Source: Nemertoderma westbladi (taxonomy: Eukaryota; Animalia; Xenacoelomorpha). Taken from it: 64,000 bases of DNA. The DNA is taken from positions 70,994 through 134,993 of the forward strand of contig JAUCBJ010000668.1 in NCBI GenBank assembly GCA_032718475.1, written 5' to 3'. The notes beneath the pieces are model-generated. The model did no database searches. It saw nothing but the letters and a program-made list of their open reading frames with translations, and was not told where the DNA came from. The position numbers and the translations under genes were made by a program. Below, piece after piece: positions 54,901 to 60,900 of the stretch; position 1 is the first letter of the stretch; each line of letters opens with the position of its first letter.

Positions 54901-57900
54901 TTAGACCCTTAATCGGAGGCATCGAGCAGCCAATGAGAGAGCAGATGCGAGTACAGTGGTAAAGCCCATCCATAGTGAGGCATAGTCTATGCCTCAGTGG
55001 GGCATAGTCTATGCCTCAGTGAGGCATAGTCTATGCCTCAGTGCCTCAGTGAGGCATAGTCTATGCCTCAGTGAGGCATAGTCTATGCCTCAGTGCCTCA
55101 GTGAGTCATAGTCTATGCCTCAGTGAGTCATAGTCTATGCCTCAGTGAGGCATAGTCTATGCCTCAGTGCCTCAGTGAGTCATAGTCTATGCCTCAGTGA
55201 GTCATAGTCTATGCCTCAGTGAGGCATAGTCTATGCCTCAGTGAGGCATTATCTATGCCTCAGTGCCTCAGTGAGTCATAGTCTATGCCTCAGTGAGTCA
55301 TAGTCTATGCCTCAGTGAGGCATAGTCTATGCCTCAGTGAGGCATAGTCTATGCCTCAGTGAGTCATAGTCTATGCCACAGTGAGGCATAGTCTATGCCT
55401 CAGTGCCTCAATGAGGCATAGTCTATGCCTCAGTGAGTCATAGTCTATGTCTCAGTGAGGCATAGTCTGTGTCAGGTCTTAAATGAGAGTCTTATAAATT
55501 CGAACGTCAACGAACAAATTCGACGGTTACTGTTCCACTTTGGTGTAGTGGTTGCGTTGAATTCACATCTCCCGTATGTCATGGGTTCGATCCCCGCATG
55601 AACCAGGGCAGTTTTCGTTCGGTCAGCAATAGGCCTAACGTTGCAAAATGCAGTATTATTGCCTAGTAACCAATTCATGGCTATCGTATGGTTTTCACTT
55701 TGAGATATTTCGCCCTCTAGCGGCAGACGGGGGAACTTCATACTACTCTGTGACTCCGCAAAAGATATAGCCTATGCCGTAGTAGATGCCGATTGGGGGT
55801 CAAAATTAAGTAATAATATATCTAAATAAGTCTCAAACATCTTGCCTCATGGCTCGCCCCTTAGAACTCTTGAGCAATATAACTTCATAGTTTTTAAGGA
55901 AAACTGGTAAATGAGATGTGTTAATTACGCATACCTCGCAGTCTTAAGTAATTAATTATACAGTAGGTTAGATCGTTTTGAGAATAGGACCATTGGAAAG
56001 AGCGCCCTCGATAACCTCAGTACAAAGAAAATTAATACGGATTAACCGGATATAGCTTGTTATTATAAAACATAAATTACAGTAGAACAATTAGGGTTGT
56101 AAATAAAAACAAATTAAATTGAAGATAAACTGTATATATATAAACTTATGTATTAAAAGAGGGCCCTATTTAATTATACAGTATACTGAAAATTGTTAGC
56201 GATACCATAATTAGATTATCGATAGGGATGCGGCTTCCTTAAATGAGGCAATCCGGACGCAGCACAAAGAATTTTAAGAGGGGCCCCCGATAAATTGCTC
56301 ATTCATGCGTAACTGGTAACCTAGGCGATAGCTTGTCTTAAGTTTAGGCCCTTTGCTAACATTAACTCCAAAATAGTTACCAGTAGGGGAGCTGTATACC
56401 CTAGGGCTAAATAAGGCTGCAAGTCTATGGTTAGATGTTTCCAATAATGATCTCATTTAGTAGCGGTAAGTAATATAAAAACTAATTAATCTAAAAATAT
56501 AAATCAATGTATAAAGTAAAAGTAATACAATTAATTAATTTAAAATAAAGTACAAATGAATAATTAATTTAAAATAAAGTACAAATGAATAATTAATTTA
56601 AAATTAAATACGAATAATAAAGTAAAATTAGGTACAAATAAATAAGTATTAATAAATAAAAGAGCTGCGGTGTCACTTATGACACCCTCTTGCTCCTCTC
56701 TGCGACAGTTGGACAACACTGATGACCCATTGTGTGTCAGGGCGCTAATCAGTCTGATTAATTAGGATAATCAATTAAACCCTAATTAGGAGTCATATGA
56801 CACCTGTTAGGGTTTAATTGTACTAATTAATTGATGACACCTGTCAATTAGGGTCTAATTAGCCTAATTGGGAGGTGTCACCCAGACAGTCTGGCGCCAA
56901 TGACACCCGATGACACCCATAGGGTGATAATTGGGTGTCATATGACACCCAATGGGTGTCAGTGAGGTCCAAGTGTCGCAGAGAGGACCAAGACCCTACT
57001 ACTAGTGATAGATAGAAACTGCACAAATTAAATTAGTTGCTGTATAAATAAATGTAAAGATGACATCAATTATGTTATAAATAATTTAGCTTATATTTAT
57101 GGTGGCGTTTGGAGCCATGTTAATAATTTATAGCTACTGGTTATTAATAGCTACCGGTAGGTAACGCAGTAGGCCTTCGTGGCTGTCAGGAAATTAATAA
57201 TAAATACCAACTATTGATTATGTGGTAACCATGACGACGTGATGTAAAGTCACGCCAATGGGACATTACATAATAGTAATACACCAATACAATACTAATT
57301 GTACAGGCCAATACAATACTGTCCTCTAAAGTCTTTAAAGTGCTAAATAACAACTCGCTGTTAATACTAACGGCGTTGAGTAATGTTACAATTTTGGTTT
57401 AAAGTACTTTGCAACAAGTATGTATGTAATTTTATTCCAAAATTGAAACATTACGAAATGATTGTGCATATATTATAAGTGATAGAAACTGCACAAATTT
57501 GCGTGCGGTTTTACAATAGTTTCGGTATCAGGCTCACTTGCATTGAAGGGATGCACTGTAAAGTCGCTCTGTTGGGACATTACAACATATTAATATATAA
57601 CTAAATCTATAGGCTGTAATATCCTCCAAAGTTGTAAAGTGCTAAATAACAACTCGCTTAATAATAATAACTATAATAGTTAATAATGACTAACGGCATT
57701 GAGTAATGTTACAATTTTGGAATAAAAGCAGTAACCTGGGCTTATAACCATGGAAACTCAAAATAAAAGACAATTAATAATAGTTGGGGTAGCTGTTTTT
57801 CTTCTACTTATTTGCACGTTCGCGTTTTATAAATTAACACGTAGAAATGCAATTGATGAGTTTCTCGATGATGTTGAGTCTCCAGATGTTCTTCAACAAC

Positions 57901-60900
57901 ACACCAAAGAGTTCATTAAGCCGGAAATTATAAAGGTAAGTGAACTGATGATAAATATACTTCTGAATAATGTTGTTGAAAATATAAATTTTATGTGATA
58001 TTTTTATCGCCTTTTGGTAATTAATGTACGTTCCTGGTAACTGCTTTCTCTCTCAGATAATTTAAAAATAATCGTAGATTATCGTAAACCATTAGCAATG
58101 GATTTTCTTTCAGTTTAAACTAATAATATGTAATATATTTATATCTGAAGTGTAATTGGCGTTTTCTATAATGATATTATACTGTATACATTTCCTTGAT
58201 TATGTGCTTGCCATGATACAATATTATTGAGAAGGAAGATTATTCATTATAATTATGTATTCAGTGATTAACTTATTAGTACTACTCCATTCTCACTCAC
58301 TCACTCACACTCTGTGCTACAATTATTACTGTTGTATGTAATAACAGTACTACATTGGTGTTTATGTTCCCACCTCGGTAAGAGAACGATTAAATTAGGT
58401 TAAATGGGGTTACTTTCAGTTTAAACTCAAGCACAATCAGGACCGTTATGAATGGAGATTTACTTTCAGTTTAAACTCACACACGATGATGGCCGGTATT
58501 GGTGAATTTACTTTCAGTTTGCACTCACAAACGATGAGGGTGATCGTTATTACAAAAATACCAGATATTTTACTTATATTAATAGATACATAAACATAAT
58601 GATATTGTATATTGCAACATTCTACTTCTATTGTTATAACCATTTATCTGGTAGGTGCAAAAATGCACAACGTGCAACATTATGAGCAACAACGAGCAAC
58701 AATGAGTAACACGAGCAACAACGTGCAACAATGAGTAACAATGAGCAACAATTGCAATAATGAGCAGCAACGAGCAATAATCAAGAACAACAGCCAGCAA
58801 CAATGTGCAAAACGAGCAACAATGGTCAATAAAGAGACAACAACGAGCAACTGACTCACCGGCAGGCCAGGAGTGAAACTATCTCTATTTCAAATTTCAT
58901 GCAATCTCATTAAGATTAGTAGAACAATTTGGGGGGGGGGGGGGGGGGCAGGTACCTGAATAACGACACTATACATATTCCAGGATATGGTGTATATTCG
59001 AGATATTACTGTGATACATTGTACTGCATAATGAATGTATCTGTAATCTACATATAGCGGTGTACTAATAGTTACTGCTACTTATTGTAGTTACTGTTTA
59101 TTCATTCATTAGTCAGGATGTGTATTATCATTGTTCCCCATTGTTGTTCACTTTTTCACGTTGTTGGTCATTGTTGCTCGGTGTTGCTCATTGTTGCTCG
59201 TTGTTGCAAGTTGTTGTTCACTGTTGCGCTTTGTTTGCCCATGTGAAGAATACTTTTCGGTCGACTTTTTATTGGAATTTTATATATGATTTTTTTTTTT
59301 TTTTTTTTTTAAATATATCTTTATTTTAAGTGTTTTATAGCTCTCATTTCTGTCTTATAACGTGTACATATACTAATTCGTTTATTGTTTTGGTTAGGTT
59401 CAGCCCTTCTGTAAACTGTGGTTTTGGTAAAAACCTGGTATTCTTCACATGGGGGTAACTGCAAAGTGAAATATAACAGCAGAAAGTCTGGTATTCTTCA
59501 CATGGGCCACATTATTGCTCATTATTGCTCGTTGTGCATTTTAGCACATACCCATTATTTTATCGATTTTAATAATTGTCTACTTGGTATATACTAATAC
59601 ATTGTTACCTAGGTGACAGATGGTATCTACGTTGCTATAGGTTACGCACTAGCTAATTCAATACTTATAGAAGCAAGAGATGGTGCTATCATTGTTGACA
59701 CCACAGAAAGCCTAGAAGCTGCCGAGGAAGTTAAGGTAGCATTAGATCAGGTTTCTAATAAAACTATAAAGGCGATTGTTTATACACATCACCATGCCGA
59801 CCACATATATGGAGGGAAGGTAAGTTGTAGTATTTAAGACTTTCCCCCTCAAGGAAGTATGGTAGTAAGGATGTTTGTTATTGTCTGACAATAATGAAGC
59901 ACATCACAACGTTAACATTTTAGATGTGGGGGTTTCCTATTCCCTATATTCCTATTTCCTATAATAATAGGAAAGTACACTACCTAGTTATTATTTTCGG
60001 TGCTTTCCTGTACCGTGATTTCATTCCCGATGTCAGTTTTCATGTTTTGTGAAATCTAATATGTCGGTCTGTCTGTCAAACTATATACTGGTGGCTTGTT
60101 AATAGTCACGAGTGAATCCAATGAAAACTGACATCAAAAATGAAAAAAAGGAAAAACAGACAGACTAGGATTCTGTCAAACATGAAAACTGACATAGGAA
60201 AAAAATCACCGACCAGGAAAACCCCCCAAGGTGAAACTTTAAGCAAATTAGTGTGCTTTTGTTATATTCTATAACCTAAAAGAAGAAAAGAAAGGCAAAC
60301 ATTTGAAAAAATGGCGGAGGAGTATAAATTAAAAAATGTCATTACGAGATATTGAACCCAACCGCTCAAAAACTGTTATATAAAAATGTCTGTGAATATA
60401 TATCTAGCAACAAAAAAGCTATGTCTGTTTTAACTTGTGATGAAATCCAGTTAGTCTCTATATCAGTCTGTCCGTCACAATAGCTAAAAGTTTAGCTATG
60501 TGGCTTTTCCTGGTCGCATAATTCATTTCGAGTGTCAGTTTTTACATTTTAGGACTTCCAAATTGTCTGTTTGGCTGTCAGGCCGCCGGATACATTTTGA
60601 CGGACAGATTGACATACAGACAGAAACAAAGACGCCAAATTTGAATACTGACATCGGAAATGAAGCCACCACTAAAGAAAACCCACATAGACAGTCTGAC
60701 GGACAGAACGATAGTCAACCGGACAGACAGCCATATCTCGTGAATTAAAATCGATATTGCTATTATATCTCGCAATTCATAAATTTAGTTGAGAATAAAT
60801 AGTACATATTTCATAAAGAAAAGTTAGGATTTGGAATTATAGATTCACTTAACTACTGTGATTATGTTGATAACCATTTAGTTAGAATAAATAGTATATT

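Larger units (their letters stand above)
48703..57003 (+). mobile_element. Non-autonomous Polinton/Maverick-like element, 8.3 kb
   Basis: Termini AGTAGTAGGGTCTTGG...CCAAGACCCTACTACT; 6-bp TSD AGTGAT (48697-48702 / 57004-57009); ~370-bp high-identity TIRs with patchy homology extending further in; a paralogous empty-site sequence at ~57400-57500. Confidence 0.85.

Noticed and set aside
51992-55470. Palindromic repeat arrays as CRISPR arrays
   Set aside because: No unique spacers, units abut directly, no cas genes, eukaryotic context.
55532-55605. Functional tRNA-Val gene
   Set aside because: Acceptor, D and anticodon stems pair poorly; kept only as a tRNA-like Pol III unit.
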